64,000 bases of DNA from Candidatus Eiseniibacteriota bacterium (lineage in GTDB: Bacteria; Eisenbacteria; RBG-16-71-46; SZUA-252): positions 1,248,001 to 1,312,000 of the forward strand of contig OY969801.1 in assembly GCA_963703225.1 (NCBI GenBank), given 5' to 3'. The notes beneath the pieces are model-generated. The model was not told where the DNA came from, searched no databases, and worked only from the letters and a program-made list of their open reading frames with translations. The position numbers and the translations under genes were made by a program. Positions 45,285 through 56,011 of the stretch are shown one piece after another (position 1 is the first letter of the stretch; each line of letters starts with the position of its first letter).

Positions 45285-46912
45285 CGCAGCCCCTGACCCT
45301 GCTCGGGATCCCGATCCTCTCGTTCCTCATCTTCTTTCCTCTGGTGGGCGCGGGGGCGATCCTGCTCCTTCCCTCGTCCCGGGAGCGGGCCATCAAGCTC
45401 GTCGCGTTCGGCGTCTCGGTCGTGGCGTTTCTCGCCTCGATTCCGCTCTTCACGATGTTCGACGCGAGCCGCCGGGGGATGCAGTTCGCGGAGCATGCGC
45501 CGTGGGTGCCGAGCTTGGGGATCACCTACTCGCTCGGGGTCGACGGGATCAGCGTCCTCCTGATCCTCATGACCACCTTCCTCACGGCGATCTCGATCCT
45601 TTCCTCGTTCGGCGCGATCACGCAGCGGGTCAAGCCCTACTACGCGACCCTCCTCGCGCTGGAGACGGGGATGATCGGCGTCTTCGCGGCGCTCGATCTG
45701 GTGCTTTTCTACGTCTTCTGGGAAGCGGTGCTGATCCCCATGTACCTCATCATCGGCGTCTGGGGCGGCCCCCGGAGGGTCTACGCCGCGGTCAAATTCA
45801 TCCTCTACACCGTGGCGGGGAGTCTCCTCATGCTGGTCGCGATCCTCTACCTCTACTTCGCCTACCACACCGCGACCGGCGAGTTCACCTTCGACCTGAT
45901 GCGCCTCTATGAGACGCCGCTCGGCCAGAACGCGCAGCTCTGGCTCTTCGCCGCTTTCGCGCTGGCCTTCGCCATCAAGGTGCCGATGTTCCCGTTCCAT
46001 ACCTGGCTCCCCGACGCGCACGTCGAGGCGCCGACCGCGGGAAGCGTGATTCTCGCCGGCGTCCTCCTCAAGATGGGCACCTATGGGTTCGTCCGTTTCG
46101 CCATGCCGCTCTTTCCGGAGGCGACGCAGACGTTCGCTCCGTGGATCATCCTCCTCGCGGTGGTGGGGATCATCTACGGCGCGCTGGTGGCCATGGTGCA
46201 GCCCGACGTGAAGAAGCTCGTCGCCTACTCCTCGGTCAGCCACCTAGGCTTCGTGATGCTCGGCCTCTTCGCGCTCAACACGCAGGGGCTCCAGGGCGGC
46301 ATCTTGCAGATGATCAACCACGGGCTTTCCACCGGGGCGCTCTTCCTCGCGGTGGGAATGATCTACGAGCGCCGCCACACGAGGGAGATCTCCGAGTTCG
46401 GCGGCCTGGCCGAGGTGCTGCCGTGGTTCGCGGCTTGTTTCCTCATCGTTTGCCTGAGCAGCCTCGGGCTCCCCGGATTGAACGGCTTCGTCGGGGAGTT
46501 CCTGGTGCTCCTGGGGGCGTTCCGGTGGAATCCCTACGTCGCGGGGGTTTCCGCGCTCGGCGTGATCCTGGCCGCGGTCTATATCTTATGGATGTATCAA
46601 CGGGTCATGTTCGGCCCCATCACCAACGAGAAGAATCGGGGGCTCCGGGATCTCTCGCCGCGGGAGTTCTGGACGCTGGCGCCGGTGATCGCGCTGATCC
46701 TCTGGATCGGCGTCTACCCCAATCCCTTCCTGCGCAAGCTCGACGTCTCGGTGGGCGAGCTGATGGAGCGGATGAACTCGAGGACGGTGGCGACGCAGCT
46801 CCATCCGCCCGCCGCGGCGCCGGCGGCGGCCGATGAGACGGCGGCGCCCAGCCCGCCGTCGCTGCCGGGAGCCGTGGGGGCCGCGTCGGTCGAAGGCGGG
46901 GCGCCGCGATGA
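45281..46912 (+). CDS. nuoM: NADH-quinone oxidoreductase subunit M
   Basis: FYVFWE, IKVPMFPFHTWLPDAHVEAPT, LKMGTYG, AYSSVSHLG. Confidence 0.97.
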   Translation: MTQPLTLLGIPILSFLIFFPLVGAGAILLLPSSRERAIKLVAFGVSVVAFLASIPLFTMFDASRRGMQFAEHAPWVPSLGITYSLGVDGISVLLILMTTFLTAISILSSFGAITQRVKPYYATLLALETGMIGVFAALDLVLFYVFWEAVLIPMYLIIGVWGGPRRVYAAVKFILYTVAGSLLMLVAILYLYFAYHTATGEFTFDLMRLYETPLGQNAQLWLFAAFALAFAIKVPMFPFHTWLPDAHVEAPTAGSVILAGVLLKMGTYGFVRFAMPLFPEATQTFAPWIILLAVVGIIYGALVAMVQPDVKKLVAYSSVSHLGFVMLGLFALNTQGLQGGILQMINHGLSTGALFLAVGMIYERRHTREISEFGGLAEVLPWFAACFLIVCLSSLGLPGLNGFVGEFLVLLGAFRWNPYVAGVSALGVILAAVYILWMYQRVMFGPITNEKNRGLRDLSPREFWTLAPVIALILWIGVYPNPFLRKLDVSVGELMERMNSRTVATQLHPPAAAPAAADETAAPSPPSLPGAVGAASVEGGAPR

Positions 46913-48373
46913 GGGTACCGTTCGTGATCGACGCTCCCATCGCGATGATCGAGCCCTTGATCATCGTGTCGGTCGTGGGAATCCTGCTGCTCCTCGTCGA
47001 CCTCGTCCTGCCGCACGGGAAGAAGCACCTCTCCGGCCTACCTGGCGCTCGCGGGGGTCGTCTACGCCCTGGTTCGCACCGCCGCCCAGTGGGGGACCTC
47101 CCAGATCGGCTACTCCGGCATGGTGGCGCTCGACAACCTGTCAACGCTCTTCAACCTCCTCTTCTTGGGGAGCACCGGGATCGTGATCCTCCTCTCCATG
47201 CCGTTCTTGCGAAGAGACGACGTCGAGCACTCGGAGTACTACGCCCTGCTTCTCTTCGCGACGGTGGGGATGATGATCCTCGCCTCGGGACTCGACCTCA
47301 TCACCCTCTTCCTGGGGATCGAGGTCCTTTCGATCTCGCTCTATATCCTCGCCGGCTATCGGCGCGATTCCGACGCGTCGAACGAGGCGGCGATGAAGTA
47401 CTTCCTCCTCGGCGCATTCGCGTCGTCGATCCTTCTTTATGGGATTGCGCTGGTGTACGGCGCCACGGGCACGACCAACTTGATGAAGATCGCCGAGGCG
47501 GCGGGCGGGGCCTCGGGGCCGCTTCCGGAAGGGCTCCTCTTCTCCGGGGTCGCCCTGATCCTGGTCGGGCTCGCGTTCAAGGTGGCGGCGGCGCCGTTCC
47601 ACATGTGGACCCCCGACGTCTACGAAGGGGCGCCGACGCCGATCACGGCGTTCCTCTCGGCCGGGCCGAAGGCCGCCGCGTTCGCGGCCATCATCCGCGT
47701 CTTCTTCATCGCCTTCGGGCCGATCCAGGCGGAGTGGAACACGATCCTATCGGTGATCGCCGCGCTCACGATGACGATCGGAAACGTCGCGGCGATCGCG
47801 CAGACGAACGTGAAGCGGATGCTCGCCTACTCGTCCATCGCGCACTCGGGATACGTCCTGATCGGGATCGTCGCGGGCGGGGCGGCGGGCGGAGCCGCGG
47901 CGGTCTTCTACCTCTTCGCCTACGTGGCGATGAATCTCGGCGCCTTCGGGGTGATCGTCCTCCTGGAGCACAAGGGGCAGCGCGGGGAAGAGCTCAAGGA
48001 CTACGCCGGGATCGGATTCCGCTATCCGGTGATCGGCGCGCTCCTTTCGCTTTTCATGATCTCGCTCTCGGGAATTCCGCCGACCGTGGGGTTTGCCGGG
48101 AAGCTCTATCTCTTCGGGGCCGCCGTCCAGTCGGGACACATCCTGCTCGCGGTGATCGGCGTGCTGAACAGCGCGGTCTCGATCTTCTACTACCTGCGGC
48201 TCATGGTGCTGATGTACATGCGGGAGGCGCAGGAGACGCTTCCGGCGATCCGGGTGCCGGTCACGCTTGCGTTCGTGCTCCTGGTCACGGCCGCCGGGAC
48301 GCTCTGGCCCGGCCTGTTCCCGAGCGTCTGGCTCGACGCGGCCCGCGAAGGGGTCAAGGCACTCTTCTCCTAG
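46909..48373 (+). CDS. nuoN: NADH-quinone oxidoreductase subunit N; +1 frameshift near 47034
   Basis: EAAMKYFLLG, FKVAAAPFHMWTPDVYEGAP, KRMLAYSSIAH; the N-terminal helix is in the preceding frame. Confidence 0.94.
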
Positions 48374-48419
48374 CGATTCCCGGTCCTCGGCAGGGGCGGC
48401 GCGGGAATCCAGCCTCGGG

Positions 48420-49620
48420 CTATTTCGCGACCTTCACCGGGTAGGCCTCGAGCGCGCCGGCGAGGATCTCCATCGCCTTGCTCAGAGAGCCGGTTTCCAG
48501 CACGTAAGCGAACCGAATCTCGTTCTTCCCGCGCCCCGGAGTGGCGTAGAAGCCGTCGCCGGGCGCCACCATCACCGTCGCGCCATCCTTCCGGTATTCC
48601 TTGAGCATCCAGATCACGAACTCCTCGGCGTCGGGCACCGGAAGCTCCGCCATGAGGTAGAACGCGCCCTCGGGCTTCCGGGCGAACGCTCCGGGGATCT
48701 TGGAGAGCCCGGCCAGAACCAGATCCCGCCGCTTCTTGAACTCGGCCACGACGCCCTGAGTGTAGGAGGCCGGCACCTGGTCGATGACCGCGGCCGCGTA
48801 CTGGCCCAAGGTGGGCGGCGAGAGCCGCGCCTGCGCGAACTTCAAGCAGGCGTCGCGGACGGCGGCGTTCTTCGTGATCAGAGCGCCGACCCGCGCGCCG
48901 CACATGTTGAGCCGCTTCGAGATGGAGTCGACCAGGACCGTGCGCTCCTCAACGCCTTTCCGGGTCATCGGGCTCTCGCACTTGCCTCCGTCGTAGATGA
49001 ACTCCCGATAGGCCTCGTCGGTGATGATCCAGAGGTCCTTCCGCTTGGCCAAGTCGACGATCGCGTCGATCTCGGCCGCGGTGTACGCCGTGCCCGTTGG
49101 ATTGGATGGAGCGCAGATGAGGATGCCACGCGTCTTGGGACCCACGGCGCGCTCGATCGCCTCGATCGGGAGGTAGGTGATAGCCGGTCCGCCCGTCGCA
49201 GGTGATCGCCTTCACGCCGACGCCAGCCAGGAGCGCCATCGTCGCGTAATTCGTGTAAAAGGGCTCGAAGAGGATCACCTCATCGCCAGGGTTGAAGAGC
49301 GCCCAGAAGGCGAACTGGAGCGCCTCGCTCCCACCCACGGTCGTCAGCACTTCGCCCGGCGCCACCGAAAGCCCCTGCTGGGCGTAATAAGCGGCCATCC
49401 CCTTCTGAAACTCAGGGATTCCGGCGGACGGACTGTAGGGGACGTACGTTCCCGGATAACTCCGGATCCGCTCCATCACGATCTCGGGCGTCGGCAGATC
49501 GGGCTGCCCGATGTTCAGGTAGTAGACCTTCGCTCCGCTCTTGACGGCCTCGTCGGCGTAGGGCGCGAGACGACGGATGGGGGAGGCCTGCGCCTCGACC
49601 CCTCGTACCGAGACCTTCAT
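48420..49620 (-). CDS. PLP-dependent class I aminotransferase (aspartate aminotransferase-like); +1 frameshift near 49169
   Basis: YLNIGQPD, GGSEAL, PSNPTG, DEAYREF, DSISKR. Confidence 0.9.
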
Positions 49621-50639
49621 CTGCGTCCTCCTTTGGACTTCGCCACCGTGGTTTTCAGGAGATGAGCCAGGAGCTTCGCCGTCTGCGAAACGTCGCGCGC
49701 GTGCACCCATGATACCGCGCCGCCGCTCTTCCGTGCGGGAATGGCGACCAGGACGGTGGGGACTCCCATCCGGGTCGCGCGGATGGCCCGCGCGTCGCTC
49801 CCTTCGGCTTCCCGGATCAGCCACTGCGTCTTGACCCGGGCTGAGGCCGCGGCCCGCTTGGCCAAGGCGAGCGCGTCGGGGTGGGCGACGTATCCCTCTT
49901 CCTTGAGCCCGATGCAAGGGCCCTTTCCGACTTCCACCTCGTCCCCGCTCTTGGAATCCAGATGGGCCACGTCGACCACCACCGCGATCTCCGGGTCGAC
50001 GCCGTAGGCACCTGTGATCGCCCCCCGGGCGCCCACATCCGACTGGGCCGTGAAGACGGCATGAAGATCGTACCGCGCCGCGCGGGCCGAGCGTAGCGCC
50101 GCGACGACGGCGGCGCAGCCGGCCCGGTTGTCGAGATTGGCGGCGAACCAGACCTCTCCCACGCGGGCGGGGCGATCCTCGAGGGCGAGGACGGCGCCGA
50201 CCGGCACGCGGCGTCGGGCTTCGGTCGCGCCGAGCCCGGTTTCAAGGAAGAGGGAATCCGCGTCGATCTCGCCGGCGTCCTTGGCCGCCCGCGACCGGTC
50301 GTAGCCCAGCATGGCGCGCGAGCCATCGTCGAAGCGCACCATGGCGCCGACGAGCTCGGCGGGGTTTCGATTGCCGAGCAACGCGACGCGGCCAAGCCCG
50401 GTGGCGTCCACCCGGGTCACGATGGCGCCCGGCGCGTCCATGTGGCACGCGATCAGAAGACGCGGGCCGCGCCCCGGCCTACGGAGGTGGAGGTTCCCGC
50501 CGGCGTCCTCGTGGATTTGGCCCAGGCCGCGGAGCGCCCGCCGGAGCACGGCGCGGACGCCCTCCTCCCGGCCCGGCGGGCCGTACGCGGAAAGGAGCGG
50601 TGGGAGAAGGGAATCGATGGTCGAGTCGAGGGAGCTCAT
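49617..50639 (-). CDS. M42-family aminopeptidase homolog with degenerate active site
   Basis: GPPGRE, CHMD, LDNRAG; AQSDVG replaces QEEVG and the C-terminal His is absent. Confidence 0.82.
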   Translation of the reverse strand: MSSLDSTIDSLLPPLLSAYGPPGREEGVRAVLRRALRGLGQIHEDAGGNLHLRRPGRGPRLLIACHMDAPGAIVTRVDATGLGRVALLGNRNPAELVGAMVRFDDGSRAMLGYDRSRAAKDAGEIDADSLFLETGLGATEARRRVPVGAVLALEDRPARVGEVWFAANLDNRAGCAAVVAALRSARAARYDLHAVFTAQSDVGARGAITGAYGVDPEIAVVVDVAHLDSKSGDEVEVGKGPCIGLKEEGYVAHPDALALAKRAAASARVKTQWLIREAEGSDARAIRATRMGVPTVLVAIPARKSGGAVSWVHARDVSQTAKLLAHLLKTTVAKSKGGRR

Positions 50640-51709
50640 CGCCACTCCTTTGCCAGCGTGGTCATCGTGTGCCAGACCAAGTCGACGGTTCGGCGCGCGT
50701 CACGGATGTCGAGATAGGCGGCGGGCGCGTGAATGTACCGGCAGGGGACCGAGATCACCGCGGCGGGGACCCCGGCGCCCGAGAGCGCGATCCGGCCCGC
50801 GTCGGTGCCGCCGACGCCGGGCCGCTTCCACTGGGTCGGGATCCTTCGGCGTTTGGCTGTCCGCTCGATCAGATCGAGCAGCCGCGCGTCCGCCATGAGG
50901 CTTCGGTCCTGCACGGTGAGCGCGGGACCTCGCCCCATCAGCGGGGCCGATTCCTCGGGCTTGAGTCCAGGCGCCTCGCCGGCGGCCGTTCCTTCGAGGA
51001 CAATCGCCAGGCCCGGCGCCACCCGGCGCGCGGCCGCCGCGGCGCCCCGAAGCCCGACCTCCTCCTGGACGCTCCAGACCGCCGTCACCGGGATCGGTGG
51101 CCGCCGCTGCACGATGCTCGCGAGCACGGCGCAGCCGACGCGGTCGTCGAACGCCTTTCCCTTTCGGGTTTGGCCCCACCGCTCGTAGCGGGTATCGAAC
51201 GCCGCGTAGTCCCCGACCGATACCTTCTCGGCGGCCTCCTCGCGCGAGTCGGCGCCGATGTCGAGATAGAGCTCTTCCACGGGGGTCACCTTCTCGCGGT
51301 CGACGCGCGAGACGAGGTGCGGAGGGAGCGCTCCCACCACCCCGCGGAGCCCATTGGTTCCGATCCGGAAGACCTGGCCGACGAGGATCCGGCTGTCGAT
51401 CCCGCCCACCTTGCGGATCCGAAGCCGGCCGTCCTTCTCGATGGCCGTGACCATCACACCCACCTCGTCCATGTGCGCGCACAGCATGAGATGGGGCCGC
51501 CGGGTTCCGCCGGCACGCCCCCGGGGCGACGCCGGCCCGAGGCGGGCCACCAGGCTGCCCATGGGGTCGACCTCGAGCGAATCGACGCCGTCTTTCACCG
51601 CGTCAACGAGCTCGGCGCGCACCCGATCCTCGCCGCCGCTCACGCCGACCGTGCTCGACAGGACATCGAGGAGCCGCTCCTCGAAGGCTGGGGCGCCGCT
51701 CGGCGTCAC
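50636..51709 (-). CDS. M42-family aminopeptidase
   Basis: GVSGGE, AHMDEVG, AFDDRVG, VQEEVGLRGA, GGTDAG, RYIHAP. Confidence 0.92.
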   Translation of the reverse strand: MTPSGAPAFEERLLDVLSSTVGVSGGEDRVRAELVDAVKDGVDSLEVDPMGSLVARLGPASPRGRAGGTRRPHLMLCAHMDEVGVMVTAIEKDGRLRIRKVGGIDSRILVGQVFRIGTNGLRGVVGALPPHLVSRVDREKVTPVEELYLDIGADSREEAAEKVSVGDYAAFDTRYERWGQTRKGKAFDDRVGCAVLASIVQRRPPIPVTAVWSVQEEVGLRGAAAAARRVAPGLAIVLEGTAAGEAPGLKPEESAPLMGRGPALTVQDRSLMADARLLDLIERTAKRRRIPTQWKRPGVGGTDAGRIALSGAGVPAAVISVPCRYIHAPAAYLDIRDARRTVDLVWHTMTTLAKEWR

Positions 51710-52785
51710 TTGAGCACCTCCGCCACACGCCAGTCGAGGGGAAGCGCCGATACGTAGTGGGCGAGCAGGTGGGCGCATCGTTCGACGTCCCGCGGCTCGA
51801 CCGTCTCGATTCCGGTGTGCATGTAGCGGCAGGGAATTCCGATCACCGCCGTGGGGATACCCTCGCGGGCCGTCTGGATGTCCATGGCGTCGGTGAAGGA
51901 GCTGATGGGGCATCCCTCGACCGTAAACGGCATGCCGAGATCGTTCGCGCTCCGGCGCAATCCCTCGAATATCTTTGGATGGATGTTCGCGCCGACGCCA
52001 AGGGCCGCGCCCCCGCCCAAAGGCCATGCCTCCCCCTCGCGCGCCCCAGGCATGTCGCCGTGAAATACGTCGACCGCGATGCCCAGCTGTGGATCGATCG
52101 ACTCGGAAGCGGTCCTCGCGCCGAGGCTGACCGCCGCGAACTCCTCTTCGACCGTGGCCACAGCGATGACGTCCCACGCGGGGCGGGCCTGACGGAGCGC
52201 CTCGACCGCGCGGAGCAGCACCACGATGCCCGAGCGGTCATCCATGCCGGGCGCGGCGAGACGACCTTTGAGGAGGGAGACCGGCGGCTGGCGGAGCGTG
52301 ACCGGCGTCCCGATCGGGACTCTGCGGCGGACTTCCCCTTCGGGCCGGCCCGCGTCCAGGTAGAGCTCCGCTAGGGGCATCACGCGCTCCGATTCGCCGG
52401 GCTTCTGAAGATGGGGCGGCCGCGTCCCGAAGAGCGCCGCGATGGGAGGCTCGGAGTGGATCCAAACCTCCTTGCCGAGGAGCGTGCGGGGGTCGAAGCC
52501 GCCGAGCTCGGTGACGCGCAGGTAGCCGCCGGGCTCGATCGCCTTCACCATGAATCCGATTCGATCCATGTGGGCGGCGAGGAGGGCGCGGGGACGGGGC
52601 GGGTCGCCAATGCCGTGGATCCAGGCGCGAACGTTGCCGACGCGGTCCCGCTCGACCTTGTCCGCGAACAGCGAAAAGGCCTTTTCGATCTCTCGCGCCG
52701 CGGCTTCCTCATGGCCCGGGATGCCAGGGAGGGCGCTCAGGCGCTCGAGCCATTCCGTGGTGCTGCGTCCTTCCCCCCGAGGCAT
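51706..52785 (-). CDS. M42-family aminopeptidase
   Basis: GIPGHE, AHMDRIG, MDDRSG, VEEE, VDV, RYMHT. Confidence 0.92.
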   Translation of the reverse strand: MPRGEGRSTTEWLERLSALPGIPGHEEAAAREIEKAFSLFADKVERDRVGNVRAWIHGIGDPPRPRALLAAHMDRIGFMVKAIEPGGYLRVTELGGFDPRTLLGKEVWIHSEPPIAALFGTRPPHLQKPGESERVMPLAELYLDAGRPEGEVRRRVPIGTPVTLRQPPVSLLKGRLAAPGMDDRSGIVVLLRAVEALRQARPAWDVIAVATVEEEFAAVSLGARTASESIDPQLGIAVDVFHGDMPGAREGEAWPLGGGAALGVGANIHPKIFEGLRRSANDLGMPFTVEGCPISSFTDAMDIQTAREGIPTAVIGIPCRYMHTGIETVEPRDVERCAHLLAHYVSALPLDWRVAEVLK

Positions 52786-52793
52786 AGCCAGCG

Positions 52794-52822
52794 AATTTAG
52801 TGCACCCCGGCGGCAGGGGCAA
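52794..52822 (-). promoter_or_regulatory. Sigma70-type promoter of the M42 operon (near-leaderless)
   Basis: On the minus strand: TTGCCC (52822-52817), 17-nt spacer, TAAATT (52799-52794); ATG 8 nt downstream. Confidence 0.5.
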
Positions 52823-52842
52823 ATGTAAACTCCGCCGCGCTC

Positions 52843-53887
52843 ATGGCGTCCCTACGGATCGCGGTTCTGCTCCCCCACTTCGGGGTATACGGCGGCGTCC
52901 GCCGATTCCTCGAGCTGGGGAGAATCTGGATCGCGCGCGGGCACCACGTGGCGCTCCTCACGAGGGACGCGGGTGCGGACCAGCGTCCGTGGCTCCCGTT
53001 CTCGGGGCCGGTGGGGAGCGTGGGAGAGCTCTCGTCCGGGCCGTGGGACGTGGTTCTCTCGCCCGATCCGGAGCTCTTTCTTCTCGCGGGCGCGGAGGGA
53101 GCGCTGCGCGTCTTTTACGCCGTCCTCGAGGGGGCGCCGCATGCCTCGCGGGCGTGGCGCCACGCCGACCTCGTCCTCGCGAACTCCGCGGGGATGCGCC
53201 GGTACCTCGCGAGGCGGGGCGTCGACGCGGTCGATGCGGCGGGCGCGGTCAATCTCCGTGAATTTCGGCCGGACGATCCCGATCCGAGGATGGCACGATC
53301 GGCCCGCGGAGAGTCGGTGAAGGCGCTCATCTATGGACGGCTGTCACGCCCGCGCAAGGGATCGTGGACGGCGGCGCGAGCCGTCGAGGCGGCCAGCAGG
53401 TCCACAGGGGTCCTGACGGAACTGACGCTCTTCGACGCGCCCCCCGAGGGGGCGGCCGAGGCCGGGCTTCCACGCCCGCTCTCGATTCCCGTTCGCTGGG
53501 TGCTTCGGCCGACCCAGGAGGAGCTGCGCGCGCTCTACGCGGACTCGGATCTCTTCGTGAGCGCCGAGCGTCGCGCGGGCTGGTGCAACACCGCGGCGGA
53601 GGCGATGGCGTGCGGCGCCGCGGTGGTTTGCACGAGAAGCGGCACGGAGGACTTCGCGTTGGACGGGGAGACCGCGGCCGTCGCCAGGCTGCCCTGGAGT
53701 TGGAGCCTGGCGCGAAAGATCGCTCCGCTTCTTCGCGACCCCTCGGCGCGGCGCCAGCTCGCCGAACGGGGGCGCGCGCCGGATATCCCAATTTACCTGG
53801 GAGCGCACGGCGGACCAGATCGAGGAAGCGATCTCGCGGCGACTCTCGGGGGGAAACGATGGCGGAGTCCATGGCAGCCCGGCGTAG
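52843..53887 (+). CDS. Glycosyltransferase family 4; +1 frameshift near 53779
   Basis: YGGVRR, LYADSDLFV, AEAMACGAAVV; the typical FTWERTA end is in the +1 frame. Confidence 0.82.
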
Positions 53888-54251
53888 CTCCAAGAAGGGT
53901 TCGCGCAGCTCGGCCGGGGGGCGTCGGCGGCCGCGGGCGGTCATGATCCTCTCGGCCTATCCGCGGCGCGCGGCGGCGGAGCGGGCCGCGCGGGCTCTCG
54001 TCGCCTCCCGCTTCGTCGCGTGCGCGACGGTTACCTGGGGCGCCCGGGCCTTCTACCGCTGGCAGGGGAAGAATCGGGCGGATCCGAGCGCGCTTCTCTG
54101 GGGGAAGACGTCGACCGCCCGGGCCCGCGCCGCCCTTCGGGCGATCCTCGCCGGGCACCCCGATCGGGTGCCCGAGATCCTGGTGATCCCGGTCGTGGGC
54201 GGTCACTCGCCCTATCTCCGGTGGATCGAGCAGGAGGTGCGGAAGAAGTGA
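53859..54251 (+). CDS. cutA: CutA divalent-cation tolerance family protein
   Basis: AARALV..RFVACA, YRWQG, HP..VPEI, YLRWI; basic N-terminal extension. Confidence 0.78.
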   Translation: MAESMAARRSSKKGSRSSAGGRRRPRAVMILSAYPRRAAAERAARALVASRFVACATVTWGARAFYRWQGKNRADPSALLWGKTSTARARAALRAILAGHPDRVPEILVIPVVGGHSPYLRWIEQEVRKK

Positions 54252-55867
54252 GCCCGGATAGCGATCTTCTCCTCTACGGAGCGGCGCTCCTGGACGCGAC
54301 CCGGGCCGCGCGGCCGCGCAAAGCGATCCGGGGTCGCCGCGTACCCAGCGAGGCGGTCTGGGTGCGGAACGGCCGGATCGCCGCGGTTGGCCCGCCCGCG
54401 CTTCTCCGGAGGCGCGCCGGGCGAAGCGCGACGCGGGTCGACCTCGGCGGGGGCACCCTCACGCCCGGATTCACCGACTCGCACGTTCATCTCGTCACGT
54501 GGATTCGCGCGCTTCGGGAGCCGTGGATGCGCGACCAGAGCCCGGAGTCGATCGAGCGCGCGGTGAGAGAGCGGATGGACTCCGCACCACGCGAGGAGTG
54601 GCTCCTGATCCGCGGGTGGCTGCCCCGAGAGTGGCCCGACGCTCGGACGGCGCGCTCCCTTCTCGACCGGGTCGCTCCGGATCGACCGCTCGTCCTCTAC
54701 GCGGTGGATGGACACTCGGTCTGGGCGAACGGCGCGGCGTTCCGGAGGGCGGGCATCGACGAGCGTGCGCCCGACCCTCCGGGCGGGATGATCCTTCGAG
54801 ATCGGTCGGGAACGCCGACGGGCGCGCTGGTCGAGGAGGCCCGAAAGCTGATCACGGAGCGGATCCATCGCGGGACGAAGACCCAGGACGATCTGGCCGA
54901 CGCGATCGCCAAGGCCCGCTCGCTCGGAATCACCAGCGCGCACGATTTTGACCGCGCCGGCACGTGGCGGGCGGCCTCGGATCTTGCCCGCGAGGGGCGC
55001 TTGGGCCTGCGTCTCTTGGTCTCGGTGCCGGTGGACTCGCTCGAGGCGGGCGAGACCCTGGGTCTGGCGGCGGGATTCGGGGGCGAGCGCCTCCGCGTCG
55101 GGCCGGTCAAGATGTTCGCGGACGGCACGCTCGGCTCGGCGACAGCCCTCCTCGAGGCGCCCTATGAAGGGAGCGACCAGCGGGGCGTCGAGGTGATGGC
55201 GCCTCGGTCGCTCGCCGCGGCCTGCTCGCGCGCCGCGGACGCGGGGCTCTCGGTCGCGATCCACGCGATCGGGGACCGCGCGGTGCACAACGCCCTGGAC
55301 GCGATCGAATCGACGCGAGAAGCGGGGAGGCAATTTCCTCTTCCGCCCCGCGTCGAGCACGTGCAGCTCTCGCGGTCCGAGGACTGGGCGCGCTTTCGAA
55401 AGCTCGGCGCGCTCGCCTCCGTCCAGCCGATCCATCAGCTCAGCGACCGCATCTTGGCTCGCCGCCACTGGGGCGGGCGGACCGGGCGGTCGTACGCCTG
55501 GAAGAGTCTCGCTGCGGCCGGAGCCCGGCTCATCTTCGGATCGGACGCACCGTTCGACCGCGCGGGTCCGCTCCTGGCGATTCAGGCCGCGCTGCTCCGT
55601 AGGGAGGGGGAGGAGCCGTCGAGCGCGGCCTTTCACCCAGAGCAGCGGATCGGACTTCGGTCCGCCCTCCACGCGCACCTCGAGGAACCACACCGCGCGG
55701 CCGGGTGGCCCCTACCGCTCGGCCGAATTGCCCCCGGATATGGGGCCGATCTGGCTCATTTCGACCACGATCTCCGCGAAACGCCCGTCGATCAATGGCA
55801 TCACGCTCGGGTTTTGAGGTCCTGGGTCGGCGGGGAAGAGGAAAGACACCGAGGGCGCCGCGGGTAA
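54248..55867 (+). CDS. Amidohydrolase (YtcJ-like)
   Basis: PGFTDSHVH, KMFADGTLGS.TA, HAIGDRA, RVEHVQ, FGSDAP. Confidence 0.9.
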   Translation: MSPDSDLLLYGAALLDATRAARPRKAIRGRRVPSEAVWVRNGRIAAVGPPALLRRRAGRSATRVDLGGGTLTPGFTDSHVHLVTWIRALREPWMRDQSPESIERAVRERMDSAPREEWLLIRGWLPREWPDARTARSLLDRVAPDRPLVLYAVDGHSVWANGAAFRRAGIDERAPDPPGGMILRDRSGTPTGALVEEARKLITERIHRGTKTQDDLADAIAKARSLGITSAHDFDRAGTWRAASDLAREGRLGLRLLVSVPVDSLEAGETLGLAAGFGGERLRVGPVKMFADGTLGSATALLEAPYEGSDQRGVEVMAPRSLAAACSRAADAGLSVAIHAIGDRAVHNALDAIESTREAGRQFPLPPRVEHVQLSRSEDWARFRKLGALASVQPIHQLSDRILARRHWGGRTGRSYAWKSLAAAGARLIFGSDAPFDRAGPLLAIQAALLRREGEEPSSAAFHPEQRIGLRSALHAHLEEPHRAAGWPLPLGRIAPGYGADLAHFDHDLRETPVDQWHHARVLRSWVGGEEERHRGRRG

Positions 55868-55921
55868 CGGGGGTTGGGCTCGGAAATTCGCTTGGGAGGC
55901 CCCTTTCCGACGTTTCCGCGC

Positions 55922-55950
55922 TTGATCCTGGCCTCTCATTTGCCTATACT
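55922..55950 (+). promoter_or_regulatory. Sigma70-type promoter of the envelope cluster
   Basis: TTGATC (55922-55927), 17-nt spacer, TATACT (55945-55950). Confidence 0.6.
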
Positions 55951-56011
55951 TGTGCAGGTAGTCCCACCGATTGTCGTCTCGCCGGGCGGATTCGACCGAA
56001 GGCCGCTCACT

